A stretch of 64,000 nt of DNA from Alphaproteobacteria bacterium (GCA_038116985.1 JAYOEZ010000001.1:12766-76765); one strand, 5' to 3'; positions 43,312-57,281 are shown, counted from the stretch's first letter. The notes: generated from the sequence alone by a model not told the origin. Made by a program: numbers and translations.

Positions 43312-44216
43312 CGCGACACATCGCGGTTCTCAAGGGCGGCTGGTCTGCGGAGCGTGAGGTCTCGCTGGTCAGCGGCGCTTCGGTTGGCGAAGCCCTGCGT
43401 GAACGCGGCTATCGTGTGACTGAGGTTGATGTCGACCGGACCGTGGCGACCAGGCTTGAGTCGCTCAAGCCCGATGTCGTGTTCAATGCGTTGCACGGCC
43501 GGATCGGCGAGGACGGCGCAATCCAGGGCGTGCTTGAAGTGCTGGGCCTTCCCTACACCCATTCGGGCGTACTCGCATCGGCGATGGCCATGGACAAGCC
43601 CACCGCCAAGAAGGTGTTCGAGCGTGCGGGTATCCCCTGCACCGTCGGTAAGGTCATGACCCGGGCCGAGTTCCAGAATGGGAAAGCCCCGACGCCGCCG
43701 TTCGTCGTCAAACCGCTCAACGAGGGGTCCAGCGTCGGCGTGCGGGTTGTGATGCCCGGCGACAACAGCAAGCCGATCGATGAGGGCTGGGATTTCGGCG
43801 ACAGCGTCCTCGTGGAGGATTTTGTTCCGGGGCGCGAGATCACCGTCGCCGTGTTGGGCGACCGTGCGCTGGGCGTCACCGAAATTCGCTCCGAGCATCG
43901 CTTCTTCGACTACCAGGCCAAGTACGAAAAGGCCGAAGCCGTACATCTTCTGCCCGCACCGTTGCCCGGCGCGCAGTACGAAGAAGCGCTCGACATGGCG
44001 CTCGCGGCGCACCGTTCGCTGGGCTGCCGGGGCCTGTCCCGCGCCGACTTCCGCTACGACGATCGCGAGGGCGAAGGCGCGCTCTATCTGATGGAGGTGA
44101 ATACGCAGCCCGGTCTAACACCTGTGTCGCTGGCTCCCGAGATCGCGGCACATGCCGGCATCAACTTCGGCGACCTCGTTGAATGGCTTGTCGAGGACGC
44201 GGGGTGCAGCCGATGA
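43308..44216 (+). CDS. ddl: D-alanine--D-alanine ligase
   Basis: GGWSAEREVSL, NALHGRIGEDG, and an ATP-grasp ending in EVNTQPG. Confidence 0.9.
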   Translation: MTRHIAVLKGGWSAEREVSLVSGASVGEALRERGYRVTEVDVDRTVATRLESLKPDVVFNALHGRIGEDGAIQGVLEVLGLPYTHSGVLASAMAMDKPTAKKVFERAGIPCTVGKVMTRAEFQNGKAPTPPFVVKPLNEGSSVGVRVVMPGDNSKPIDEGWDFGDSVLVEDFVPGREITVAVLGDRALGVTEIRSEHRFFDYQAKYEKAEAVHLLPAPLPGAQYEEALDMALAAHRSLGCRGLSRADFRYDDREGEGALYLMEVNTQPGLTPVSLAPEIAAHAGINFGDLVEWLVEDAGCSR

Positions 44217-45055
44217 ACGGCCACCGCAACGAGAAGTCGCGTCTGCGCACGGCGATTGCCTTCTACCAACGCCATCGCCGCCGCGTGCTGCGCGCCGGCC
44301 TGGCAACGACCCTGATCCTTGCGCTCGGCGTGCCGGCATTGTGGTTGGGCGCGCTCGGCGGTGGCGCCAGGGTGGTCGCCTGGGCGGACCGGGCCTTCGA
44401 GCATGCCTCTCTCTCCACAGGCCTTGTCTTGCGGGAGATTCGGCTCTCGGGCCGTCAGAACGCGGAGCGACCGGCCCTGATGACCGCGATCGGAATCCCG
44501 CGCGATGCGCCGATTCTGGCCGTCGATCTGCCGCGGTTGCGAGAGCGCATCGAGAACCTTGGTTGGATTGCCGAAGCGCGGGTCGCGCGAAGGCTGCCCA
44601 ACATCATTGAAATCGACATCGTGGAACGGACCCCCTTCGCACGATGGCAGAACGAAGGTCGTTTGTTCCTGATTGACCGCGAGGGTGCGGTCATCACCGC
44701 CCACGACGTCCAAGCCTACGACGCGCTGCCTCTGGTGGTCGGCTCCGATGCTCCGGATTCCGCGGCGGCGCTTGTCGATATGTTGGCGAGCGATCCGGCG
44801 CTACGAGAGCGGGTCACCGCGGCGATCCGCGTCGGCGGACGACGCTGGAACCTGCAACTGGACAACGGCGCCGAGGTACTGCTGCCGGAGGACGACGCGC
44901 CAAGCGCATGGCGCCGCCTTGGCGCCATGCAGCGCGAACAAAACATCCTGGAGCGCGACGTGACGGTCATCGATTTGCGGTTGGCGGATCGCGTGTTTCT
45001 GCGCCTGCCGCCCGAAACGGCGGCCGGCCTGCGCGATCCGGGGGAGAGCACATAG
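44213..45055 (+). CDS. ftsQ: cell-division protein FtsQ
   Basis: In-frame ATG 44213 (ATGA overlap with ddl). Single TM followed by POTRA-like and FtsQ domains; located between ddl and ftsA. Confidence 0.8.
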   Translation: MNGHRNEKSRLRTAIAFYQRHRRRVLRAGLATTLILALGVPALWLGALGGGARVVAWADRAFEHASLSTGLVLREIRLSGRQNAERPALMTAIGIPRDAPILAVDLPRLRERIENLGWIAEARVARRLPNIIEIDIVERTPFARWQNEGRLFLIDREGAVITAHDVQAYDALPLVVGSDAPDSAAALVDMLASDPALRERVTAAIRVGGRRWNLQLDNGAEVLLPEDDAPSAWRRLGAMQREQNILERDVTVIDLRLADRVFLRLPPETAAGLRDPGEST

Positions 45056-45063
45056 GAACGGCG

Positions 45064-46311
45064 ATGGCGACTGGACGTAGTCAGGTTATTGCTGCGCTCG
45101 ACCTCGGAAGTTCCAAGGTCAGCTGCTTCATTGCGCGGGTCATGAACGATGACTCGGTGCGGGTTGTGGGGATTGGTCATCAGCTCTCGCGAGGTATGAA
45201 GGCCGGTGCCGTCATCGACATAGAGCGCGCCGAGGAGTCGGTCCGTGCTGCCGTCGAGGCTGCTGAACGCATGGCCGGCGAAACTGTTCGTGATGTGCAC
45301 ATCGCGATGTCCGCAGGCCGTCCGCGGTCGCATCTGGTTGGAGTCGAGGTCTCGGTCGCGGGTCACGCCATCGGCGACCACGATCTGAGGCGCGTCTTGC
45401 AGCAGGGCAGGCCGGAAGAAGAAGATCCCGAACGCGAGGTGCTGCATTCTCTGCCACTTGGCTTCACCATCGACGGGTCATCGGGCGTGCGCGATCCGCG
45501 CGGCATGTTCGGCTCGCGCCTCGGCGTCGACATAAATGTCGTGACGGTCGCAAGCGGTCCCCTGCGCAATCTCCATCTTTGTGTCGAACGCGGTCATCTG
45601 CAGGTGTCGAGCGTCGCGCTGGCACCCTATGCGTCGGGTCTAGCCTGTCTCGTCGAAGACGAGATGAGGCTCGGGGTTACGGTGATCGATATGGGCGCCG
45701 GGACCACCACCATGGCTGTTTTCAAGGACGGCGAGATGGTGTTCGCCGATGCCATTCCCTTGGGTGGCAACCATGTGACAAACGATCTGGCACGCGGCAT
45801 CGGCACGCCGACCGTACATGCGGAGCGTCTCAAGACGCTGTTCGCAAGCGTCATTCCGGGGCCGGCCGATGATCGTGACGCGATCGACGTGCCGGCGGTG
45901 GGCGAGACCGACGATGGTCAGACGATTCAGGTTTCGCGTTCGATGCTGGTCGGAATCGTGCGGCCGCGAATAGAGGAAACGCTCGAACTGGTGCGTGATC
46001 GGCTCGAGGTTTCGGGGCTTGCGCGCGCCGCCGGTCGGCGCGTTGTGCTGACCGGTGGGGCCAGCCAGCTACAGGGTATCCGCGAGCTTGCGGCCCGGGT
46101 CCTCGACAAACAGGTACGCCTGGGACGCCCCATCCGGGTCAGCGGTTTGGCGGAAGCGACCGGCGGGCCGTCGTTCTCGACCTGCGCGGGCTTGCTGAAC
46201 CTCGCGGCCCGCAAGCCAGTCGCGGCGCTCGCAGACATCGCATCCATCGAACCGGCGATCGCCGGCGGCGCGCTTGCCCGCATCGGTCGCTGGATCGTGA
46301 CGAATTTCTAA
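45064..46311 (+). CDS. ftsA: cell-division protein FtsA
   Basis: In-frame ATG 45064 (MATGRSQVIAALDLGSSKVSC...). Actin-like fold with DMGAGTTT. Confidence 0.9.
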   Translation: MATGRSQVIAALDLGSSKVSCFIARVMNDDSVRVVGIGHQLSRGMKAGAVIDIERAEESVRAAVEAAERMAGETVRDVHIAMSAGRPRSHLVGVEVSVAGHAIGDHDLRRVLQQGRPEEEDPEREVLHSLPLGFTIDGSSGVRDPRGMFGSRLGVDINVVTVASGPLRNLHLCVERGHLQVSSVALAPYASGLACLVEDEMRLGVTVIDMGAGTTTMAVFKDGEMVFADAIPLGGNHVTNDLARGIGTPTVHAERLKTLFASVIPGPADDRDAIDVPAVGETDDGQTIQVSRSMLVGIVRPRIEETLELVRDRLEVSGLARAAGRRVVLTGGASQLQGIRELAARVLDKQVRLGRPIRVSGLAEATGGPSFSTCAGLLNLAARKPVAALADIASIEPAIAGGALARIGRWIVTNF

Positions 46312-46403
46312 CGGCGGTGAACAGCCGGATGAAGACGAAGGTAGGGAAGGGAATTCCAGGAGGAGACTACAGGCATGGAGGTCATTGAACGTGGAGGGTG
46401 AGT

Positions 46404-48326
46404 ATGACCATTAACTTGAGCGTACCGGCGACGACCGAGCTACAGCCTCGGATCATCGTGGTCGGTGTCGGCGGTGCCGGTGGCAACGCAGTCAACAACA
46501 TGATCAACGCCGAACTCGAAGGCGTGGATTTCATCGTCGCCAACACAGATGCCCAGTCGTTGGCGCAATCGCGCACCGACCGCCGCATTCAGCTTGGAAT
46601 CAACGTCACGCAAGGTCTGGGCGCGGGATCGAATCCGGAGGTCGGCCGACGTGCGGCCGAGGAGTCGTTGCCCGAACTGATGGAAGCATTGTCGGGCTCG
46701 CACATGGCGTTCATCACGGCAGGCATGGGCGGCGGTACCGGAACAGGGGCCGCACCGATCATCGCGCACGCGGCGCGCGAGGCCGGAATCCTGACCGTTG
46801 GCGTGGTAACCAAGCCGTTCCAGTTCGAGGGCTCGCATCGCGCCAAGCTCGCGGATGCCGGGATCGAGGAACTGGAGCGCTATGTCGATACCCTGATCAT
46901 CATTCCGAACCAGAATCTGTTCCGTGTGGCCAACGAGAAGACGACGTTCGCCGATGCTTTCAAGATGGCGGACGACGTTCTCTACTCCGGCGTCCGGGGC
47001 GTCACCGACCTGATGGTGATGCCGGGCCTGATCAATCTCGACTTTGCCGACGTCCGTGCCGTCATGGCCGAGATGGGCAAGGCGATGATGGGAACCGGAG
47101 AAGCCGAGGGCGAGGGTCGCGCGATCGAAGCCGCAGAGGCGGCGATCTCGAATCCATTGCTCGACGAAGTCTCGATGAAGGGCGCGCGCGGCGTACTCAT
47201 CAACATCACGGGCGGTCCGGACATGACCTTGTACGAGGTCGACGAGGCGGCCAATCGCATTCGCGATGAGGTCGATCCAGAGGCCAACATCATCTTCGGA
47301 TCGATCTTCGAAGAGAATCTCGAGGGCCGGGTGCGGGTTTCCGTGGTCGCCACAGGGATCGACGCCGAAGAGATGTCTGCGCCGCGCTTCCACACGGTGT
47401 ATCCCGAGCCCGCGGTGGCCTCGCAGGCGGTCGAACACGACGACACGACCGAACCGGTTCGCGGATTGCAGCCGGCCCTGGCGTTTTCACGCCCGAATGC
47501 GCCGGTATCGCGTCCTCTGATGGCCCGGCCGGAAGTGAGGCCGACCGGACTGGCGGTCGCGACGGCGACAGCGGCGGCAACGGCCGCGGTGGCACAAACC
47601 CAGGCGGTCCAAGCCGAGGTGCGCGAGCCGATCGTACGTCCGGAAGCGACGACGGCTCCTGCGCCGACGCCGCGCCCGGTTGAGGTCCGTTCAGAACTGC
47701 AGCGCCCGACGCCCGCCGCAGCGGCGCCAAGTCCGCAGCCGGTTTCGGCCAAACCGGAACCCAAGGTCGAGGTGTCTCGCGAGCCGTTCATTCCGCCCAA
47801 GGCGGCGGAAGCGGGTCGCCGCGGGCCGCTGAACAAGCCCGATCCGTTCGCCGAGGCGGCGATGTCGAACGCCGGGTCAACCGCGCCCAAGAAGCGCAAC
47901 CGTGGTCCGAGCCTGTTCGAGCGCATGACGGGCGTGTCTCGGCAGCGCAAGGAGCCCGAGGCAGACAAGGTGTGGGACGCCGTCCTGGCCAAGGAAGCCG
48001 AACGCGAAACGCCTGCCGAACGGTCCGAGCCCCGTCTTGAGACCCGTGCGACCCCGAAACCGATGCCGGCGTCACAATCGCCGACAGTGGGCGCTGGGTC
48101 TGCAGCGCAAGCGGTCGCGATCAAGTCCGAGCCGATGATGGAGGATCCATCGCCTGTTGCCGAACCGGCGCCGCCGGCGGCAGCCGTGCCGGCTGCAGTG
48201 GTTGAGACCGCCAAGGAGGCCGCCGAACCTGCTCAAGGCCAGGCGGAGCCGCAGGGGTCGCTGGCACCCGAGCCGGAAGAAGACTTGCTGGAGATCCCGG
48301 CTTTTCTTCGCCGGCAGGCCAACTAG
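46404..48326 (+). CDS. ftsZ: cell-division GTPase FtsZ with a very long disordered linker
   Basis: [13 protein letters not shown] and [13 protein letters not shown] tubulin signatures. C-terminal peptide [17 protein letters not shown] 46404 lies 5 nt after GGAGGG; the track begins at GTG 46398. Confidence 0.95.
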   Translation: MTINLSVPATTELQPRIIVVGVGGAGGNAVNNMINAELEGVDFIVANTDAQSLAQSRTDRRIQLGINVTQGLGAGSNPEVGRRAAEESLPELMEALSGSHMAFITAGMGGGTGTGAAPIIAHAAREAGILTVGVVTKPFQFEGSHRAKLADAGIEELERYVDTLIIIPNQNLFRVANEKTTFADAFKMADDVLYSGVRGVTDLMVMPGLINLDFADVRAVMAEMGKAMMGTGEAEGEGRAIEAAEAAISNPLLDEVSMKGARGVLINITGGPDMTLYEVDEAANRIRDEVDPEANIIFGSIFEENLEGRVRVSVVATGIDAEEMSAPRFHTVYPEPAVASQAVEHDDTTEPVRGLQPALAFSRPNAPVSRPLMARPEVRPTGLAVATATAAATAAVAQTQAVQAEVREPIVRPEATTAPAPTPRPVEVRSELQRPTPAAAAPSPQPVSAKPEPKVEVSREPFIPPKAAEAGRRGPLNKPDPFAEAAMSNAGSTAPKKRNRGPSLFERMTGVSRQRKEPEADKVWDAVLAKEAERETPAERSEPRLETRATPKPMPASQSPTVGAGSAAQAVAIKSEPMMEDPSPVAEPAPPAAAVPAAVVETAKEAAEPAQGQAEPQGSLAPEPEEDLLEIPAFLRRQAN

Positions 48327-48335
48327 ATAGAAGCG

Positions 48336-48373
48336 GGGCCGGTGCGTCCTCCACCGCGCCGGCCCTTCGTTTT
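48336..48373 (+). terminator. Rho-independent terminator after ftsZ
   Basis: 11-bp stem GGGCCGGTGCG / CGCGCCGGCCC (one G-U pair), 8-nt loop, then TTCGTTTT. It begins 10 nt after the ftsZ stop. Confidence 0.75.
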
Positions 48374-48510
48374 CCGCGTAACACTGTGTAACAAAGCGTG
48401 ACTTGTGTGGCGCCGGGCCCGTTGTTAGAAGATCATAGCAGCGTGTGTAGCTAACGTTTTGTTTTTGTTATGTTTTTGGTCCCACCATTGGACCGTTTTG
48501 GGGGTTCTCG

Positions 48511-49440
48511 TTGAATAATCAGCAAACACTGCGCAACCGCATTTCCTGCAGCGGCATCGGTCTGCACGGCGGCGCGAAGGTTTCGCTGACGTTGCACCCG
48601 GCGGCGCCGAACACGGGGATCGTGTTCTATCGCGGCGACGTTCAGGGTGACGAGCCGCGTGTCCCCGCGCTTTACCAGAACGTCGTCGACACTGCGATGT
48701 GCACGACGATCGCGAATGAAGACGGCGTCAAGGTCTCAACCGTCGAACACCTGATGGCTGCGCTCTATGGCTGCGGCATCGACAACGCGTTGATCGAGGT
48801 CGATGCGCCCGAAGTGCCGATCATGGACGGCAGCGCCGCCCCATTCGTGTTCCTGATCGAGTGCGCCGGGATCGTCGATCAGGGGGTTCCGCGCAAGATG
48901 ATCCGCGTACTTCGCTCCATCGAGGCGCGCGCAGGTGGTGCGACGGCAAGCTTGGCGCCGGCCGAAGGGTTCTCGGTGTCGTTCGAGATCGAATACGATT
49001 CGCCGGTTATCGGGCGTCAGCAATGCACGATGGCGTTGCACAACGGTGGTTTCAAATCGGAGATTTGCCGCGCGCGCACGTTTGGCTTCGAACATGAGGT
49101 CGACGCGCTTCGCGCGCGTGGTCTTGCCCGGGGCGGGTCGCTCGATAATGCGGTCGTGGTTTCAGGCGATGGCGTACTCAACGAAGGCGGGCTGCGCTAC
49201 GGCGATGAATTCGTTCGCCACAAGGTCCTCGATTCGGTCGGCGACCTTTACCTGGCCGGTGGCCGTCTGATCGGCCATTTCCACGGTGTGCGTTCGGGAC
49301 ATGCCCTGAACCAACAATTGCTCAGCGATTTCTTTGCAGATCGTAGCGCGTGGCGTTACGAGACGGCGCCGGATGCCCGGCAGGCCGTTGTTGAGCCGGA
49401 ATGGGCGCCGATGGCGGTGCCGGCCGCCGCAACAGCCTAG
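48511..49440 (+). CDS. lpxC: UDP-3-O-acyl-N-acetylglucosamine deacetylase
   Basis: TTG start. [18 protein letters not shown]...[10 protein letters not shown]...HKVLD signature. Confidence 0.9.
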   Translation: MNNQQTLRNRISCSGIGLHGGAKVSLTLHPAAPNTGIVFYRGDVQGDEPRVPALYQNVVDTAMCTTIANEDGVKVSTVEHLMAALYGCGIDNALIEVDAPEVPIMDGSAAPFVFLIECAGIVDQGVPRKMIRVLRSIEARAGGATASLAPAEGFSVSFEIEYDSPVIGRQQCTMALHNGGFKSEICRARTFGFEHEVDALRARGLARGGSLDNAVVVSGDGVLNEGGLRYGDEFVRHKVLDSVGDLYLAGGRLIGHFHGVRSGHALNQQLLSDFFADRSAWRYETAPDARQAVVEPEWAPMAVPAAATA

Positions 49441-49814
49441 TCGCCCGCTTCCTTCGCGCCGAGTTCCTTGACGAGCCCGACCAGGGCCGAGCGGATCGAG
49501 CCGTCGTCGATCGCGCCGAAACTGCGGACCAGTTCGACCGCCGAGCGGTTCTTGCCGCCGTGCTCGACCGGCGTGCCGAAAACGCCGGGGTCCAGCCCGT
49601 CGAAGAAGAAGGCAATATCGGTATCCAGCTTGGCTGCGATCTCATAGAGCCGCCCCGCGCTGACCCGATTCGCGGCCGTCTCATATTTCTGAACCTGCTG
49701 GTATGATATGCCCAAGGCGTCCGCGAGCTGCTCTTGGGTAAGTCCCAGTAGATTGCGCTGCTTGCAGATTTGCCGTCCTACGTGGTCGTCGATTCTCTTG
49801 GCGAGGTCACTCAT
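49437..49814 (-). CDS. XRE-family helix-turn-helix transcriptional regulator
   Basis: In-frame ATG 49814 ([50 protein letters not shown]). The track ORF extends to 49898. Confidence 0.75.
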   Translation of the reverse strand: MSDLAKRIDDHVGRQICKQRNLLGLTQEQLADALGISYQQVQKYETAANRVSAGRLYEIAAKLDTDIAFFFDGLDPGVFGTPVEHGGKNRSAVELVRSFGAIDDGSIRSALVGLVKELGAKEAGD

Positions 49815-49944
49815 GCCGATTTCCGATCCTGGCTTTGCAACCCATGGAGATCGTGGTATCGCCGGTCGCCACGGGAAAACCCAGAATGAGGGTACCACCT
49901 TCGGAAGTATGCACGGTAGGGAAATGCAACCGATCTATGCCGCA

Positions 49945-50766
49945 ATGGAGGGCCTGGCGCGACGCAGTCGCATGATTGCTGCAGCGCTTCTTCTGGTTGG
50001 GCTCGTTGCCTGCAACAGTGCACCGGAGGAGGTCGCCTACGTCGAGCGGCCGGTCGAGGATCTCTACAACGACGCGATGGATAGTCTCGTCGCCGGCGAG
50101 TACGAGGCGGCCGCGCGCAATTTCGACGAAGTGGAGCGCCAGCATCCCTATTCCATCTGGGCCACGCGCGCCCAGTTGATGACGGCCTTCTCGCACTATC
50201 AGGGCAACAAGTTCGACGACGCGATCATCGCCGCGCAGCGCTACATCCAGCTGCATCCGGGCTCGGAAGAGGTGCCCTATGCGTACTACCTCGTAGCGGT
50301 GAGCTACTACGAGCAGATCGTCGATGTCGGACGTGACCAGAAGCTGACCGAGTTGGCGCTGCGCAGCCTCGATGACGTGGTGCGGCGCTTCCCCGAGAGC
50401 GAATATGCGCGCGACGCCCGGCTCAAGATCGACCTTGCAAGGGACCATCTGGCCGGCAAGGAAATGGAAATTGGTCGCTACTATCTCACGCGGGGCTCAT
50501 ATCTCGCCGCGATCAACCGGTTCAAGCAAGTCATCGCCGAGTATCAGACCACCACGCATGTGCCCGAGGCGCTGCACAGGCTGACCGAGTCGTATCTCGC
50601 GATGGGCCTTCAGAACGAGGCACAATCGAGCGCCGCAGTGCTCGGCTACAACTTCCCGGGGAGCGACTGGTATCGCGATTCCTACGCGCTGCTTCAAGGT
50701 GAAGACCTCGAGCCCGAGGAAGACGAGGGCTCCTTCGTGTCTCGCACCTTCCGAAGGATTTTCTGA
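49945..50766 (+). CDS. bamD: outer-membrane protein assembly factor BamD
   Basis: Lipoprotein signal LLLVGLVAC followed by TPR-like YfiO repeats (...YPYSIWATRAQL..., ...RFPESEYARDA...). Start chosen among ATG 49909, 49945 and 49972. Confidence 0.8.
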   Translation: MEGLARRSRMIAAALLLVGLVACNSAPEEVAYVERPVEDLYNDAMDSLVAGEYEAAARNFDEVERQHPYSIWATRAQLMTAFSHYQGNKFDDAIIAAQRYIQLHPGSEEVPYAYYLVAVSYYEQIVDVGRDQKLTELALRSLDDVVRRFPESEYARDARLKIDLARDHLAGKEMEIGRYYLTRGSYLAAINRFKQVIAEYQTTTHVPEALHRLTESYLAMGLQNEAQSSAAVLGYNFPGSDWYRDSYALLQGEDLEPEEDEGSFVSRTFRRIF

Positions 50767-50771
50767 CCTCC

Positions 50772-54568
<3,797 letters not shown>

Positions 54569-54593
54569 CGACGCCGGTACGGTTGGGATACCC

Positions 54594-55058
54594 CTAGAAC
54601 CCGTCGTCGACCAGCGATCGCATGTGCTGACGCATCTGCACCATGCCCGCGACCGGCGCCTCGACGTAGTGGAAGATGCGCCATCCCTCGGCCTTGCGTC
54701 TCAGCATGATGGTGACGCGGTTGTCTCCGGCCATTTTCTCGCCGCCGAACAGGCCGCCCGGCGCGACTTCGGCATTCCAGTGCATGTCGTAGAGCACGAT
54801 GGCCACATCCTTGCTCGCCGCTTTGATGAGCCGGTTGGAGGTGCGGTGCGAAACCCGTGCGAGTACTGTGCCGGTATGCGACCAGTAGCGGTCGATCTCG
54901 TCCCACGAGGTGAACGGCCTCTCGGCTTCTTCGGCGATATAGATCGGCTGAGGGTCGTCAGTGTCCCACAACGCCTTCACCGCCGCGAAGTCGTGCGCCC
55001 TCCACGCGGCTTCCAGAGCCGCGATGACCTCTTCGATCTCCGCCTGTAGCACGCTCAC
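54594..55058 (-). CDS. NTF2-like (SnoaL/DUF4440-type) small protein
   Basis: Track ORF 54594..55094. GTG 55058 gives a GTGA overlap with the upstream peptidase stop. The pattern AAWRAHDFAAVKALW...W is typical of the NTF2-like fold. The family assignment is tentative. Confidence 0.55.
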   Translation of the reverse strand: MSVLQAEIEEVIAALEAAWRAHDFAAVKALWDTDDPQPIYIAEEAERPFTSWDEIDRYWSHTGTVLARVSHRTSNRLIKAASKDVAIVLYDMHWNAEVAPGGLFGGEKMAGDNRVTIMLRRKAEGWRIFHYVEAPVAGMVQMRQHMRSLVDDGF

Positions 55059-56881
55059 GATGCGGCGATGGGCGCGGTGGCGGCCTCGAGCCACTTGCGG
55101 GTGGCATCGTCGACCAGCGGTCCGAGGGTCTCGCGAACGCGGGCGTGGTAGGCGTTCAGCCAGTCAAGTTCGCGGGTGTCGAGTAGCGCGGGGTCGATCA
55201 ACGCGCGGTCGATCGGTGCCAGCGTCAGCGTTTCGAATTCCAGGCGCTTGCGCTCCTGTCCCTCGATGGGAGTGGCTTCACGCACGGCAACGAGGTTCTC
55301 GATGCGGATGCCGTAGGCGTTCTCCTTGTAGTAGCCGGGCTCGTTGGAAACGATCATGCCCGGCCGCAGTGCCTCGCGATTTGGCGCTTTCGAAATGCGT
55401 TGTGGGCCCTCGTGGACATTGAGATGGGCACCGACGCCGTGGCCGGTGCCGTGGTCGAAATCTAGCCCAGCTTCCCACAATGGCGCGCGCGCCAACATGT
55501 CGAGCTGGCTGCCGCTGGTGCCCTCGACGAAAGTCGCCATGGCAAGCGCGATGTGTCCTTTGAGCACGCGGGTGAAAGGCTCCCGGGCCTCGTCAGGGGG
55601 CGTTCCCAGGGCCACCGTTCGGGTTACGTCCGTCGTACCGTCCTCGTACTGGCCGCCCGAGTCGACAAGAAGTAGTTCGCCCTCGCGCAGCGACCGCTTG
55701 CTATCGGGCATTGCCCGGTAGTGGACGATGGCGCCGTTCGGGCCCGCACCCGCAATCGTCGGGAAGCTGAGTCCGGTGAAGCGGTCGTTTTCACGCCGCA
55801 TCGCCTCAAGCCGATCGGCCACAGATATCTCGTCGACACTGCCGTTTCGCAGCGCATCGGGCAGCCAGGCCAGGAAGCGCGTCAGCGCGGCACCGTCGCG
55901 GACGTGCGCCGCCCTCATGCCCGCCAGCTCGATGTCGTTCTTGCATGCCTTCGGCAGCACGCAGGGATCCGGCCCTGTGACGATCGTCGCGCCTGAATCG
56001 TCCAACCGCAGCTTGATCCAGGTTGCCGCGCTGCTTTCATCGATCTGGACACGCCGCTTGTGCTCACCAAGGAAGCTCAGTGCGGCACCAAGTTCTTCGG
56101 GCGGCATCACGATGACCTCGTTGCCGAGGAACTGGCGTAACTCACTGTCCACCTTGCGTTGGTCGACGAACCAGTCAAGGCGGCCGTCCGCGTGCAGGAT
56201 GGCGAAAGACAGTGTCACCGGCGTGTACTCGAGATCCGCGCCCCGGATGTTCAGAAGCCACGCAATCGAATCTGGTGCGGTCAGAACCGCGGCGTCGGTC
56301 TTTCGCACCTTCAGGTCTTCGGCAATGCGAAGCCGTTTCGAAGCGGAGCTTTCGCCCGCCAATGCGTCGGGATAGGCCCTGGCCGGCGACAAGGGAGGGG
56401 CCGGGCGATCCGGCCAGACCGCGTCCAGCGGGTTGTCTGCACAGGCCTGCAGGCTTCCGCCTGAATCGGCACATGCCTTCGCATAGCGCTCGACATCAGC
56501 CGGCGTATGCAGCCACGGGTCGTAGGCGAGGGCGCCGCCGCCAAGATTGGCGGAGATCCAGTCCCTGGCCGGTTGTTCGATCAGATGAAGCGGCGTGAAC
56601 AACTCCGTATCGACCTGCTGGCGCACCTGCAGGGTGTAGCGCCCATCGACAAAGATGGCCGCCTTATCGGCCAGAACCACGGCGAGCCCGGCGGATCCGG
56701 TGAAGCCGGTCAGCCAGGCCAGGCGTCGCGCGTGCGGCGGAATCCACTCGCCCTGGTGCTCGTCCTGCAGTGGGACGAGGAATCCCCGCAAGCCCCGCTT
56801 GGCGAGTTCGCCGCGCAGCGCATCCAGGCGGAGGGCATGGTCCGGCCTGCCGGTCATGCCGGCGCCATGCGGCTGCAGCAA
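55055..56881 (-). CDS. M24-family Xaa-Pro aminopeptidase (aminopeptidase P family)
   Basis: 608-aa ORF. The C-terminal pita-bread fold carries metal ligands (...LVDSGGQY..., HGTGHGVG, ...SNEPGYY...). ATG 56857 is an alternative start. Confidence 0.85.
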   Translation of the reverse strand: MLQPHGAGMTGRPDHALRLDALRGELAKRGLRGFLVPLQDEHQGEWIPPHARRLAWLTGFTGSAGLAVVLADKAAIFVDGRYTLQVRQQVDTELFTPLHLIEQPARDWISANLGGGALAYDPWLHTPADVERYAKACADSGGSLQACADNPLDAVWPDRPAPPLSPARAYPDALAGESSASKRLRIAEDLKVRKTDAAVLTAPDSIAWLLNIRGADLEYTPVTLSFAILHADGRLDWFVDQRKVDSELRQFLGNEVIVMPPEELGAALSFLGEHKRRVQIDESSAATWIKLRLDDSGATIVTGPDPCVLPKACKNDIELAGMRAAHVRDGAALTRFLAWLPDALRNGSVDEISVADRLEAMRRENDRFTGLSFPTIAGAGPNGAIVHYRAMPDSKRSLREGELLLVDSGGQYEDGTTDVTRTVALGTPPDEAREPFTRVLKGHIALAMATFVEGTSGSQLDMLARAPLWEAGLDFDHGTGHGVGAHLNVHEGPQRISKAPNREALRPGMIVSNEPGYYKENAYGIRIENLVAVREATPIEGQERKRLEFETLTLAPIDRALIDPALLDTRELDWLNAYHARVRETLGPLVDDATRKWLEAATAPIAAS

Positions 56882-57005
56882 CGCTGCAATGCAAAAAGCA
56901 TAGTACTAAACCGCTGAAATTGAGTTGAAATTAGCGTGTTGCATCGCAACATAACGAGCAGAACACGACCCGCCTCTTTTAGTTCCGAACCTTGGAGTAG
57001 TTTAG

Positions 57006-57281
57006 ATGAGTACCCTGTCCAGCAACACCGAAACCGACCGCCTTCTCGCGCAGGCGCGCGCGCTTCGTACTGCCTATTTCGGCAATCTCGTGGCCCGTGC
57101 CGTGCGGCCGCTTGGCAATGCACTCGCCTCTGTACGGCGTTATGCGGAAGCCCGGTCTCGCGTGAGGGCGCTGTCGCAGCTCGACTACCACACGTTGGTT
57201 GACGTCGGCCTCGATCAGATGGTGCCGCACGCCGGTTCACGCAGGCCTGCTAATGAAAACCGCCCGCGTTACGTTGCGTAA
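57006..57281 (+). CDS. DUF1127-domain small protein
   Basis: 91-aa track ORF. GGAG lies 8 nt upstream. The DUF1127-type motif is RSRVRALSQLDYHTLVDVGL. Confidence 0.6.
   Translation: MSTLSSNTETDRLLAQARALRTAYFGNLVARAVRPLGNALASVRRYAEARSRVRALSQLDYHTLVDVGLDQMVPHAGSRRPANENRPRYVA

Noticed and set aside
50700-50771. LexA box upstream of recN, and likewise upstream of the UvrD-type helicase (60892-60973)
   Set aside because: recN starts 5 nt after bamD, and I saw no GAAC-N7-GAAC or GTTC-N7-GTTC in the adjacent sequence or in the helicase upstream spacer. No SOS site can therefore be claimed there.
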